From Octopus sinensis (lineage: Eukaryota): DNA of 64,000 nucleotides. Positions 51,726 through 64,000 of the stretch are shown one piece after another. A program made the translations under genes and the position numbers. Position 1 is the stretch's first letter, and each line of letters starts with the position of its first letter. The stretch is taken from NCBI RefSeq assembly GCF_006345805.1, contig NC_043011.1, forward strand, positions 10,540,001 through 10,604,000. The letters are read 5' to 3'. Below the pieces are notes generated by a model. It saw only the letters and a list, made by a program, of their open reading frames with translations, was not told the origin of the DNA and made no database searches.

Positions 51726-53785
51726 TTCCTTCAATCAACTTTTTCCAAAGCTAGTTTTTCCCAGTTCTTTACGTTTATTTGCAGTCCTTTCAGGTTGTCT
51801 TTTATGCAGTTTTTGTACTTTTTTTAATATATTCATACACACACATATGGACATATATACACACCTATATGCAATCATGCGTAAACTCACACACATAGAA
51901 AGTTGTTAGATCCATGGCAGAGATTGTCCGATTTGTTCCATCTCTGCGCCTTGAATCCAAATCTTAAAAAACCCCTCCAACTTTGATGTTTCGGCGGTGT
52001 ATTGAGGAGGGGTCAGATGAGGTGCCTTATGGTATTTGTTTTGGATCTTGGTCTTCTAATGGCAACCTTAGTCATAATTTTGGCACCAATCAACATCGGT
52101 ATTGAATTTTTTTTTAACAATATAGTTGGATATAGTCCAAAGGAAACACTGCACCGATCCATGTTGGCACTTGTGAGATTGTATGGAGAGGTTTACGTTG
52201 ATGGACAACAATGGCTTCACAAAAAACTGTGCTTATTTAAATCTGCCCGAATTATAACCTTCCCTATTTATAAAATGTATAAATTCTAAACTTCAGTAAA
52301 CAAAAACTACTCACACTTCAAAGTGTATCCTTGAAAATAGAAATATATATAACGAAAATACCACTAATGCTACATAAATCTGATCTTTGATGTAATAGTT
52401 GTTTTGGTCTTTTGAAAATAACGTACGTCAGATCGAAGTCTGGAATGAAATGACTTATGTTACAGAACTAATCAAATTACCAATTTCTAATGGCAGTTTT
52501 CGTTAGCATTTCCTTTATTGTTTCTACAATTAGTAAAATGAAATCTAGAAATGCCAACATTGAAACTAAATGACTCCTGTCTGTATATTAAAAATCATTT
52601 AAAAAGTTTATTTCTTATAATATTTACCTAGTCTATTGTTCAATTCATTGATTTCCGTTGATCGAGCAATCTCTTGATAATTCATTCTAAATTTTATCAA
52701 TCCTGTGCCTGATTGGTTTCTGTCTAACCAATTTATGGAATCACTTCCCAATTTGAAATGATATCCTCATGCTCTTCATTAGCAATATATCAATATTTCA
52801 AGATGTAGTTGTCAAACTTTAAGATTCCTGCTATTTATTTATTGACATACATCATATGTCCTCAACTCCGATCGTAGAAGATTATGGAAGATAAAACGAC
52901 CAGGTTTCTAAAGATTGTCATAAATTTCAAGACTTTGCATGTTTTCTACAGGTATTCTACATGCAATTTATTCCAATTCAGTGTCCACCCGTATTGACCA
53001 CGCAGTGTCTGTTGACTGCACAGGGTGTTTTCGGAGAAAATTCATTAGAAATCATTACAAACTAACGAAACTGTTTCTAATTTGTAGCTAACTCTCCACC
53101 TAAATCATTTAACTCAACCTAATTGTGACAAAAAATAAGACACTGTAACTAGGAAACATTAATTACATTGTTCAAGAAACAAATTTTTCTACTTATGAAA
53201 GCTGATCCATTAGGACCTTTGTGACACAACCCTCGGTACACATCATCTTTTATACTTAAAAAATAGCAATAATTATGCTTCATGGTATTGTTCGATTTGC
53301 ATAGCGTTCAATAAATATTCCTTCTCTTAAAATATAACCAGTTTTAAGGGCCATCTAAGATAGCATTAGTTAGTTTTGATATATTTAAATAAAATCTTTA
53401 AAACAACGGAACCAAAACAAAAATTTTCAATAAAAATTCTAGAAGTTAGATTATTCAGAGATAAAATTCGTTTATATTGCTATCACAGAGTGAAAATGCC
53501 ATATCTGTCTTTCGAAATCATAGAAACTTGCCAAGAATAGTAAAACGGTAGATGAAAAATATCTTGGTCTATTTCGATAACTTGTGGCAAAATACTAAAT
53601 CTTTCTCCATTAGACGTAAAAAATAGGTAGAAAAGCTATGGAAACTATGATAATAACAAGAAGACGATTTTAATAAACATGACTTCGTACGTCTGATGAC
53701 TTTCATCGCCGTCGCCATACAAGTAAATAATACATGTCTGAGTAAAACTGAAGACTTTAGTACAAACCGAAACTCTGCTCAACTA

Positions 53786-53824
<39 letters not shown>

Positions 53825-55280
53825 ACACACACACACACGCACGCACACACACATACACACACACGCACACACACACACACGCACCCAAAGTTAATTGTTT
53901 TATCAAATTAACAGTGGGGTTTCTATTTAGGAACAGCAATCAAATTTTCCTCAAATCTTGCCTTATACTCCTTAAAAAGGGATCAAAGCTAAAAAGTAAG
54001 ACAAGATGGTCTTATCTAGAAGACTGCTTACATTATAGCTCTGCAACATCAACATAGAGAAGGAAGAAAGAGAACGATTGAATAGTTCTTACTGTTTAAT
54101 CTCAGATCAGTCATGGTTAAGCTGCTCTATCATCAAAAGTGTTTCAGCCGTGGCCAACCCGTCAAAATATTGCTGTATTTAGAAGTCAGTGTTGGCGATG
54201 GTGTCAGCGCCAGCTTTTAAAAGCTGAATGCAAAAGTTGGCGGGGAAATAAGTGATATTAACCGATGCCAATTTCTAGCAAGTATTCAATAAACTCTGAT
54301 ATTTGTTCTGTTTTCTGGAGAATCTTCGGTAGAAATGGAAGCTGAACCAGCATTCGACTCTTTTTTATACTTCGATATGATGGTAATTTCATAGCTTTTC
54401 TATTTCTTTCGAGCAGCATTATTCATGGTTTGGAAGCATCGAGAAGTGTAATACAGTACACTTGTTTATATTGTTGCTTTCTTATATCAGGGACTTCTCT
54501 GTCCGTCAGCACAAACAGCTCCCAAATTGTCAAAGTCCACTTAATAGTCAGTCAAAATGTGATTCTTGGATATTTTCAGATTTGGCGTGGAATGCCCACA
54601 ATAATCCCCGAATGCAGTGGCTCTCAAACTGACCTAGCCCTAACCCTAACCCTACCACCCCAACAACAACAGCAGCAGCAAAAATATTTCACTCCTCTGA
54701 TGAGAATATAAAATAGATTTTGCGTCTCTAGAGTTCTTTCCTCATCATGGTGTCAGACAAAACCGTCTTCACCTCATTGGCCATGACAATTTGCTCACCC
54801 ATTTTCCAATACTCACTACCCCTCTTCCACCCCTATGATAACCCCCAACTAATGGACAAAACTCCCCCAAATAGTTATATCTGTGATTTTCTTGTCTTTG
54901 TTCTTTTAAAAGGCCAAAGTTAATTTTTTTAATTACTTTATTTGAGACGAGGGGGATGATCGTGTGCAGCTTTTTTCAGAAACAAACACACACAGCGACA
55001 CTCTACATAATCCTCGAGGATACAGACAGTGTTTTCTACAATAATTTCCAACATGGTTGACAGTGATATTTTAACTAGTTTAATTATGACCACAACATAT
55101 AATCTGGGAAGGAGGTCATTTTGTCCCTTCTGTAATTGTTGTGGTGAGAGTACGACACTCTCTGGCGAGAATAGATGGGACCACTGCATATAAATAGCAG
55201 CGGTTTGACGGAGTCGGCAGTTCACCGTTTGGTTTTCGTAGTAGTCGTCAATCGCTCGAGTGTTGTTGTATTTGAGTTCG

Positions 55281-56866
55281 CTCCATGTGAGTTGCTGCCT
55301 TGTTAATTTGCTGAATTGTTGAATTCTTGTTGTTACTTGAATTTATTGCAGTTTTTATTTGCCTTCCCCGTTTCTGGCCGAGGTTATGAGGAGCATTGTT
55401 GTGGAGGGTGGACAAGTGAAAACGGGAAGTTGTGCTGCGGTAACTGGCAGAAGCCTGTCAGCGTAGCTACTACAGGTCCGGGAGTTAGAGGTCGGGGACG
55501 GGGACTTCAAGAAGTGCAGCGCCTTGCTGAGGAAGGAGAGGGACTGTCTAGGGCTGGTGCCTTTCAGGGAAGTTGTTGAGAGTTTGGAAGGGGAAACTAT
55601 CATATGTGGAGCGCTGAACATGGCATCAAGGAGGGTAGCGGTGGCGACCGTGGAAGCGGTTGAGGAGTGTTTGAGGGAAGTGGAGGAATCAACCACGTTC
55701 TGCACCGGAGGACGGAAGTTCGACGCGGTGGGGGTGCGCTTCGTGAGCGAGGGTGAGGCGGGTAGGTGCTCCACTATGGCATTGAAGTCGGTGGAGTGGA
55801 CACTGCTACCTGCTTGCTGTGGCAAGCGTGCGGCCAGGGTGGGGTGGGTGGAGTGCCCTTTGAAATTGACGAGGCATGGCTTGTGGCCTACAGAGGAAGA
55901 TACAGAAGTTTTTAAAATGTTGAAGACGACGGAGGTGAACTGCTAGACGTAATGGTCCATGTAAGCCTGCCAGACCTTCATTAGATTGTGAAAGAGCTGG
56001 TGTTACCTGACGAGACCAGATTAAGGAGTGTTGTGGAGGGTAGACCGCCAATATGTTTTGCGTGTGGAGGAAGGGGACACATGAAGGCCAAGTGCCCCCA
56101 GAAACACGAGGAGGAAATAATAGAAACAGAAATGCAAAAAGAGAATACAGTTGTAGAGGAGGAGAAAATAGAGAAACAATTTACGGTGGTGAAAAGAAAA
56201 AAGAACTTCGAATCACCCCCTAAAAGCCCGAAGGAGGAAAAAAGAAAAAGAAACGAGGAAGAGAACAAGAAAGAAAAGAAGAAAAATGGGAACTGAGGAA
56301 GCGTTACCTTCAACCAGTAAGGAAGAAGGAACACGCCAGGAGAATGAAAACGAAAGAGATTGGACGAAGAGAGTGTTGAAAGATATCAGAGAAAGATTAC
56401 CTAGAGGGAGAAATTTAGGAAACCTCGTAGAATAGGAAAAAGGTGTTGAAATCGAAAAGAGGGTAACAAAGATGAAAAATGTGATCCGAGTGAAATTGGC
56501 AAACTGAGAAGGTAAGAAGGGCGTGCTGTTGGGGAGAGAAAGAGGGGAGAGATTAGTAGAACTGTTTGGGGGAAAAAAAGAGTTTAGATACGACGAGTTG
56601 CCCCCTGTTTCGACGATCTTATGCAATATTTGTTTGTTTAAAAAACAAAAAAGACACATGACTGTAAAGTGAACAGTAATTTAAAAGAACAGTGAAATGG
56701 AACTGCTTGCATGGGGAGGGGGGGCGAGTAAACCATTTCCTCCTCCTTTTTTTTTCATAATCATAGTCCATTCGATATGTGTTTTATATGTACCCCAATG
56801 TCTTGGTTTGTCTGTCCTTATGGCGTCCCCTCTTTAGAAAGGCGATGTGCCTAAATAAAAGAAATC
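55281..56866 (+). mobile_element. ORF1-only (HAL1-like) non-LTR element inserted in the Gypsy LTR
   Basis: Decayed ORF with VVEGRPPICFACGGRGHMKAKCP knuckle and K/E-rich tail; no EN or RT; 3' end aataaaagaaat; flanking AGTTCG duplication (55275-55280 and 56867-56872). Confidence 0.65.
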
Positions 56867-58051
56867 AGTTCGTAGTTTGGTCTTCGAAGTCCAGGTACAG
56901 TTTACAGTTCGAGTTAATGTGTTGGAAATATTGATTGTTGGTTCGTAAAAGACTGCTGCTTCGTTGCGTGTTTGTTTCTGCTGCTGTTTCTATTTTACAT
57001 TGTTATAGCACTGTTACAGTGTATTCTTCATCTAACGTCGACACTATCAACCATATTGGAGGCGTAAGGCTGTAACATCTGGTGACGGGGATTTTTCGAA
57101 GCTCACGAAGGTTATTTGACGATATTGTGCGTCATACAAATTGTTAAATTAAAGAGAACCTATTCGCTGCAGTAATACGGCTTCAAGAGAAGCAACAACT
57201 ACAGCAGTTGCAGAAGCAAATATTACCACAACAACAACAACAGTTAATTGAGTTACAGTCAAGGAAGACCGAAAATTTGATAAGTTCATTTACGCCAGAC
57301 GGCGTGACGAACTCGCTTTCAGAATTTACTTATAATCGGGGGGGGGGCATTACGTTTCCTGCGTACTATAGAAGGTATGAGGAAATTTTTAACAACGATT
57401 GTAAGTCATGGTCGGATGAGGAGAAAGTGAGGCTATTACTACCCTAGGTAGCCCCCGGCCGAGTATATCGCTACTGTAACTTTATATTGCCCCAAAAGTC
57501 GAATGAAATTAGTTTCTAAGAAACTATTCAATATCTTTTGTGACAAAATTTCGTTCTTTATTACTGGAATGGAGTGTTGCAACTTAACAAAAAATGACGA
57601 CGATAATTTTATTACATACGTCGAAGTAGTCAGCCGTATGTGTGAAAACTTTGAACTTCAGGAACTCACTCAGAATATGTTTAAATCCGTTATCTTCGTA
57701 ACCGAAGATATAGAAATTCGGACAAGGATTCTCTCAAAAATGGAGCAAGCGAATCAAAACTTAACCCTACTGATCATTGCAGAAGAATGTCAAACAATGG
57801 TAAACCCGAAGCACGACGTGAAAAGAATTCAAGAGAAAGACTCTAATCCATGTTACGGATGTGGAGGCCTACACTTCAAAAAAGAGTGTCCGTTTAAAAG
57901 CCGAAAATGTTACAGTTGTTAGAAACCTTATCACAAGAGCTCACACTGCAGGACAAGATTACGACGATCGAACGCAAAAAATTTAAAGGTATTTTTAGCA
58001 GAAAGTGAATATGACACAAAAACAAGAAAATTTGCAGATATAAAAAAATGG

Positions 58052-58858
58052 GGATCTTTTCCTTTTGAACGGCAGTTTTCAACACAATTTCAACACAATT
58101 TCGTATACTAGTAGAATGTGTTTATAAAACATCATTTTTTCTTCGCTTTATTGAGAAAATTCTATATGTTGTAACATATTTCGACTTTAATTTCGAGCAT
58201 TTCGGCTATTTTAACCAATCGCTGACCTCCATTGACGTAAACAACATTCCGTGCTGTATGAATATGTCCCTCCTTTAAGAAACAGATTGGGTTTATTTAC
58301 ATTTGTGAAGAAAAAAAGATACCCTTCTCCCACCCCTAACCCTAACCATAACCCTAACCATAACTCTAAACCTAACCCTAAAATAGATTGAAATGCAATA
58401 GATCGATACTAGAGTTATAATTATGGGTGACAATTTCATTTGACACCACTAGAAAAAAATCCCATTTTCCGTAGCGGTGTCGTATGAAATTGTCACCCAT
58501 TATTATAACCCTAGTATCGATCTATTGCATTTCAATCTATTTTAGGGTTAGAGTTATGGTTAGGGTTAGGGGTGGGGGAAGGGTATCTTTTTTTCTTCGC
58601 AAATGTAAATAAACCCAATCTGTTTCTTAAAGGAGGGACATATTCATACAGCACGGAATGTTTTCACCCCAAATGGAGGTCAGCGATTGGTTAAAATTGC
58701 CGAAATGCTCGAAATTAAAGTCGAAATTAAAAGAATTTTCTCAATAAAGCCAAGAAAAAATGATGTTTTATAAACACATTCTACCAGTATAGGAAGTTTA
58801 AAAGTGTTTAGTTAACTAGAAATTGTGTTGAGAACTGCCGTTCAAAAGGAAAAGATCC
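58052..58858. mobile_element. 807-bp almost fully palindromic MITE with GGATCTTTTC TIRs, 8-bp TSD and internal (CCCTAA)n/(TTAGGG)n
   Basis: Perfect TSD AAAAATGG at 58044-58051 and 58859-58866; arms of about 400 bp; removing it rejoins the Gypsy gag-protease sequence (...NGVIIKLQLDTGS). Confidence 0.93.
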
Positions 58859-60119
58859 AAAAATGGTGTAATTATTAAACTTCAGTTGGATACGGGTAGT
58901 GATATTTCAATCATAAATGTGGATACATGGAGAAAAATCGGTAAACCGAGGTTACCTAGAACAGCGAAAATTGCGCGTGGCCTGACGGACGATGAATTAC
59001 ATTTCATGAGCGAAATGTGTACAGACGTTACATTTCGAGGAGAAACACGTGAAGCAAAAATATTCATTGTGGAGAAAATCGTCTGAGGAACTGAAGAGAA
59101 AATTAAAAAAGATGTTTCCTCAAGTACTACCGGAAGACTAAGGTCTACGTAGAAAGACTGAACCCTGCTTTAAAGTAACCGAAAACGTTGTGCCTGTATT
59201 TAAATCTAACAGAAAAGCACCGTTCGCAGCGTTTGAAATCGTAATTGAAGAGTTGGACGGACTGGAAAAGAGTGGAATCATGAGAAAGGTGGATTACTCG
59301 GAGTGGGCGGCGGCCACGGGGTGCATTAAAAAGACATAGAATAAGATTAGGACTGAACGACTGCTTAAAGACCGTCCACTCCCGACTCAGAGGACATTTT
59401 CGAAAAATGGTGGAAAAACTTTCTCCAAATTGGATCTGTCTGAGGCTTATTTACAGATTAAAGTAAATTACAAAGGCTCAACGTATCTGATAATAAATAC
59501 ACATAGAGGATTGTACAGATATAGTTAGCTACCTTTTGGATTAAAGGTTGCACCGGCAATATTTCAGCACACCATGGGCGCTATGTTGTCTGATTGTGAA
59601 TTTGCAATCCCTTATTTTGACGATCTGTTGATTAAGAGTAATTCACGTGAACAACGTGTAGAGCATATAAAAGCTGCGATCAAGAAAATTAAAGAGTACA
59701 GGTTCACTTTGAGTGAAGAAAATGCGAATATATTTTGCCTCAAATTAAGTACTTAGGGTAAATAATTGATGGCAGACACAATAAAGAATATGCCTGCTCC
59801 GACAGATATACCGACATTACAAGCGTTTCTTGGTCTGCCAAACTACTACCGAAACTACAATCCTAACTCACACAAATTAAGATCTCCATTAAATGACTTT
59901 CTAAAAAAGGAAGTAAAGTGGAATTGGTCGGTTAAATGCCAAACGCATTTAAAGAAATAAAAAAAAGTTCTAATCGCAGATTTGTCTCTAGCGCATTTCG
60001 ATCCTGAAATAGACGTTGTTGTAGCGTCTGATGGTTCGGAGTACGGAATAGGAGCAGTTTTGCTGCACAAGTATAAAGATGGAAGTACGAAACCAGTGAT
60101 TCATGTTTCACACATTTTA

Positions 60120-60520
60120 CATTTGAATTCTGTTTTATCATTCTCTTGATGGAATTTATTCCGCAGGACCTGCTCCTCCTCTGCTGCTAAAATCATTTCC
60201 TCGATATCTTTCTTCAATATTCTTCTCTGTAACCACTAGGTGTCTCTTTTTATTTTTTTAAAAGCCTGAATGGAGTTTCTTTCTTTCAAAAGTTCACTTC
60301 TATTTTTTTTCACATCTCCCTGTCATCTTTTTTTTTTTTTTGCCTTTGTTGCTTTTTGCTTTGTTTCTTTTTTTGGCTTGGTTTTTGTTCTTGTGGGCTT
60401 TGCTAATTCTGTAAACATTCCTTCGATTGTATTCTCTAGTTTTATTACATTTTCATCTCATAAAAACCCTCTTCTTTCTCGTTTATTAATCGTTCATATC
60501 TGATTGGATGTTCGTGAGAG
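60120..60520 (-). mobile_element. R4/Dong-like LINE fragment
   Basis: Minus frame WLQRRILKKDIEEMILAAEEQVLR (cf. WL...LK.ETE..I.AAQDQAL). Confidence 0.6.
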
Positions 60521-60699
60521 TGTGCATGCATTGTGAGCTACACCTTTGCTTTTCGGTGGATAGTTCAATCGTTTCCACTCAATAAGTCCTGCTTATCATT
60601 GTTTTTATAATGTTTCTCATATTCAGTTTAGATTTTTAAATCATTTTACAAAAATATTCCATCATTACTACCACCACCACCGCCACCATCTTCCTCATG

Positions 60700-60990
60700 A
60701 CCTTCGCCTCAGCACACTGATTCCGTGCCAATAATTAATGCTGAGAGAGAGCAACCCATAACAGATGAGTAAAACTCTCTGATTCCCGTCCTCTCATATA
60801 TTTCAAGAACCTTCCTCAAAATCTGAGCTGTTCTTTAACATTGTCATCTTCTGAAACAAGTTCCAAAGATTCTAATCCATGTCTATATATTAGTTGTAAC
60901 TGTCCAACACCCTCTATCTCTCAGTATTACTGGTATGACTTCATCTTTTTTCTCATGCTCCACATTTTGTGAATTTCTCTCTTCAAATTT
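60700..60990 (-). mobile_element. R4/Dong-like LINE 3' end fragment
   Basis: Minus frames VIPVIL..VLD and LFQK....TAQILRKVLE, followed by a short UTR. Confidence 0.5.
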
Positions 60991-61369
60991 CCATACCACT
61001 TATTCCCTTCCTTGCCTCATTATTCTGTACATCTCCGCCACAAATTTCCGATGCAACATCAATAATCAGAGTCTTTCTCTTATTCGGAAATGTCAGCTTT
61101 ACTTACCTATATCATGTGATTATATTGAATCTTCAAAATAGACTGATTCTACCTCTGACACATATGACTCACCTGACTCTACCAATGTTTCAGTCTGCGC
61201 TCATACTAACCATTGTTCCGTTCTGTTTCTTGCACATATCTCACTACACAATCCTGCAAATGCTGTCTTTTCTCCTTTTCTTTGTATATGTCTTTTGGGC
61301 TACTGTGGCTACGCTCATTATGATCGCACATTGTGTCTTCTTTCATTCTACACAATGATGATGATGATA

Positions 61370-61670
61370 GTCTTATGTGGTCGATGAAAAAGGTAGCAGT
61401 AATACTAATAATTGTCGGAGCCCTGGGGACAGTGAGCAAAAATCTCGGGAAGTACGCGGAGAAAATAGGGGCTGCAATAAGGATGGAGCACTTGCAGAAA
61501 ACAGCACTGCTTGGAACGGTTGGAATACTCCTGAAGGTGCTCGAAAATTAAGAGGTGTTACCTTAGTTCACTGATAGTGAACAGCTGACACTGTAGTATA
61601 TCTCCAGCATTAGAAGCTGTGCAAAGGCAATAATAATAATAATAATAATGATGATGATGATGATGATGAT
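61370..61670 (+). mobile_element. R4/Dong-like LINE 3' end with (AAT)n tail
   Basis: LMWSMKKVAVILIIVGALGTVSKNL...EHLQKTALLGTVGILLKVLEN*, short UTR, then (AAT)n(GAT)n. Confidence 0.8.
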
Positions 61671-61677
61671 GACAATA

Positions 61678-62045
61678 TTTTCTACTCTAGCACAATGCCC
61701 GAAATTTTGGGGGAGGGGGCCAGTCGATTAGATCGACCCCAGTACGACCCCAGGATGAAAGGCAAAGTCGACCTTGGTGGAATTTGAGCTCAGAACCTAA
61801 ATACAGACGAAATACCTATTTCTTTACTACCCACAAGGGACTAAACACAGAGAGGACAAACAAGGACAGACACACGGATTAAGTCGATTATATCGACCCC
61901 AGTGCGTAACTGGAACTTAATTTATCGACCCCGAAAGGATGAAAGGCAAAATCGACGGAAATTGAACTCAGAACGTAACGGCAGACGAAATATGGCAACG
62001 CATTTCGCCCGGCGTGCTAAAGTTTCTGCCATCTCGCCGCCTTAA
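61678..62045 (-). mobile_element. Dimeric tRNA-derived SINE
   Basis: Minus strand: ggcggcgagatggcagaaactttagcacgccgggcgaaatgc head, B box gagttcaattcc; the body is repeated twice with two different tails. Confidence 0.85.
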
Positions 62046-62064
62046 TAATAATAATAATAATAGT

Positions 62065-62240
62065 TTCAAATTTTTCCAAAAGGACAGGCATTTGTGGAAG
62101 GGGAAGAGACGATTACAATCGACTCCAGTCTTTCACTGGAACTTAATATATCGACTTCAAAAGGATGAAAGGCAAAGTCGACCTCGGCGGAATTTGAACG
62201 CACAACAGTGATGAGTGAAATACCGCAGAGCATTTCGTCT
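62065..62240 (-). mobile_element. SINE fragment
   Basis: aaaggatgaaaggcaaagtcgacctcggcggaatttgaac. Confidence 0.75.
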
Positions 62241-62260
62241 CAGACGACAGCAGAACAGAA

Positions 62261-62304
<44 letters not shown>

Positions 62305-62306
<2 letters not shown>

Positions 62307-63397
62307 CAACATGGAAACTGAATTACAAAAGATGCTGAAGGAGAAATGGAGAGAAAGATCCCTTCATGGCCAGTATCCTGCAAGGCTCGACAGAGAGGAA
62401 GTGAGCTTTAGTAAGAGCCAACAATGGCTGAAAAGCTTTGGACTAAAAGCGGAAACGGAAGGACGGATTCTCGCTACAAGCAATTATAAAAACAAAATAA
62501 TGAAAACAGGCCTCAACACCAAATGCAGAATGTGCAACCTGCACAATGAGACAGTTGACCACTTCCGTCCTCTTGGGCTGCCCAGTCCTTGCCAAGTCTG
62601 AATATGTATACAGACAAAACAAAGTAAGCAGTTATATCCACCGGACAATATGCCAACATTACATCAAAACGAACAGCGGATGGTATAAGCATGAGCCAAG
62701 CAAGGTACAAGGCAACGGTCAGGCCACAATCATCCGGGATATGCCGGTTCAAACCGACAAAGAAATAAAAAGCTAAACGCCCAGACATAATAGGGATTGG
62801 GGGAAAAAAATACCTGCTTACTGATAAACACTGCAGTCTCTTCTGATCAAAATATTGTCAAAAAAGAAGTGGAGAAATTTTTGAAGTACAAGGAATTCGA
62901 AATTGAAGTATTCAAAATGAAGGTTTAAGCAATATCAATAATAATCGGAGCATTGGGCATGTTAAAAAATCATATGAACAAAAATGTAGAAGCTATACCT
63001 GGATCCTCAATACTACACACTGTCCACAAAATAGCCCTGCTAGGAAAAGCCCACATTCTACGCAAGACACTATCAATTCAATAATACAACCTAAACAAAA
63101 CAACCCACAAATACAAGACACATTCTGTCCAGTGAAACAAACTCCCACCAACAACCCAGAAAACCGAAGCATTACACACTCAACACAATACAAGTGAAGA
63201 CAGCACAACAAAAGACAGTACCACACTTGAGAGAAAAATCGCTAACACAATACAGTACTGGGAAGAATTTGCACACCCACTGTAGCAGAAACGAAAACAC
63301 AATGCTGCACACACCTCAGCAACTCGGATGTGTAGCAGGAGATGCAGTAGAAGTTTGCCACAGTCTACTAAATACTGAACAGTTATATATAATAATA

Positions 63398-63450
<53 letters not shown>
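62305..63450 (+). mobile_element. R4/Dong-like LINE 3' portion ending in (AAT)n
   Basis: W.ERSLHGQYP; WLKS.GLKAETEG; KCRMC....ETVDH..LGCPVLAKSEY; WYKHEP; RPDII; IIIGALG; KIALLG.AHILRKTL. Confidence 0.88.
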
Positions 63451-63451
<1 letters not shown>

Positions 63452-64000
63452 GGAAGTGGCTAACAAGATATGGGACACTAAGAACAAACTACATAAAATA
63501 TAGAATAGACAACACATAAGAAAGTGATAAGTGCAGAATCTATGGGCAAAATGATGAGATCGTATGGCATATTACCAGCCAATGAACGCCACAAGCCCAG
63601 AAGCAATATAAGAGACACCACGACAATAAAGCAAGGCTTGTTCATTGGACACTTTGCAACAAGTATGGACTTGACAGAGTAAAAAAATGGTAAGACCACA
63701 AACCCGAAGGCATCATCGAAAATGATAACGCAAAAATCCTGTGGGGTTTTATGATTCAGTGCGACCATGAGATAGAGAATAGGAAGCCAGACTTAGTCTT
63801 AATTGAGAAAGAAACCAAACTATGCTGGATCGTAGATATAGTATGCCCAGCTGACAACAAGGTATACGATAAGAAAGAAAGAAAAGTCGATAGGTATGAC
63901 AGGTTAGCTTGGGAGGTGAAGCAGTTGTGGTCACTGAAAAAGGTGGAAGTGGTACCAATAATTCTCGGAGTCCTTGGAACAGTGAGTAGAAATCTCGGGA
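63451..64000 (+). mobile_element. Another R4/Dong-like LINE fragment starting in the (AAT)n tail (runs off the window)
   Basis: AQKQY..HHDNKARLVHW.LC; PEGIIENDNAKILW.F.IQCDHEIENRKPDLVLI...IVDIVCPAD; LAWEVKQLW...VVPIILG.LG. Confidence 0.88.

Larger units (their letters stand above)
55137..60110 (+). mobile_element. 3'-truncated Gypsy/Ty3 LTR retrotransposon with two nested insertions
   Basis: LTR TGTT...TAACA (55137-57077, interrupted); PBS TGGTGACGGGGAT at 57080; gag CYGCGGLHFKKEC; protease LDTGSDISI; RT FSKLDLSEAYLQI, LPFGLKVAPAIFQ, YFDD; RNase H start VVVASDGSEYGIGAVL. Confidence 0.9.

Noticed and set aside
51920-53600. Possible hAT-like transposase relic on the minus strand
   Set aside because: Only faint motif hints (TSANMDR, VNT.W); too degraded to support without a profile search.
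58334-58572. Telomere or telomere-fusion site (also CCCTAA at about 54637-54655)
   Set aside because: Short, degenerate and inside a TSD-flanked MITE.

Overview
AT-rich eukaryotic (animal) DNA made almost entirely of repeats. The SINE, LINE and microsatellite mix resembles a cephalopod (Octopus-like) genome; this is recalled resemblance, not a database result. I see no intact protein-coding gene, RNA gene or CRISPR array, and nearly all long ORFs are microsatellite translations. Recognisable content: degraded non-LTR retrotransposons (R4/Dong-like, Hero-like, CR1-group, RTE, L1/Tx1-like), two decayed Gypsy LTR elements with nested insertions, a mariner relic, many tRNA-derived SINEs, palindromic MITEs with 8-bp target-site duplications, a dimeric 58-bp minisatellite and long microsatellites. 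The most interesting signals are RNA structures hidden in the repeats. Several hammerhead-ribozyme-like motifs are present, including two back-to-back inverted pairs, one copy with an intact catalytic core (3831-3913, minus strand) and a recurring CCGANGA core variant. There is also a tandem series of covarying pseudoknots at a (TACA)n-associated LINE 3' end (22.45-23.08 kb). All alignments and folds were done by eye, and boundaries of degraded elements are approximate.
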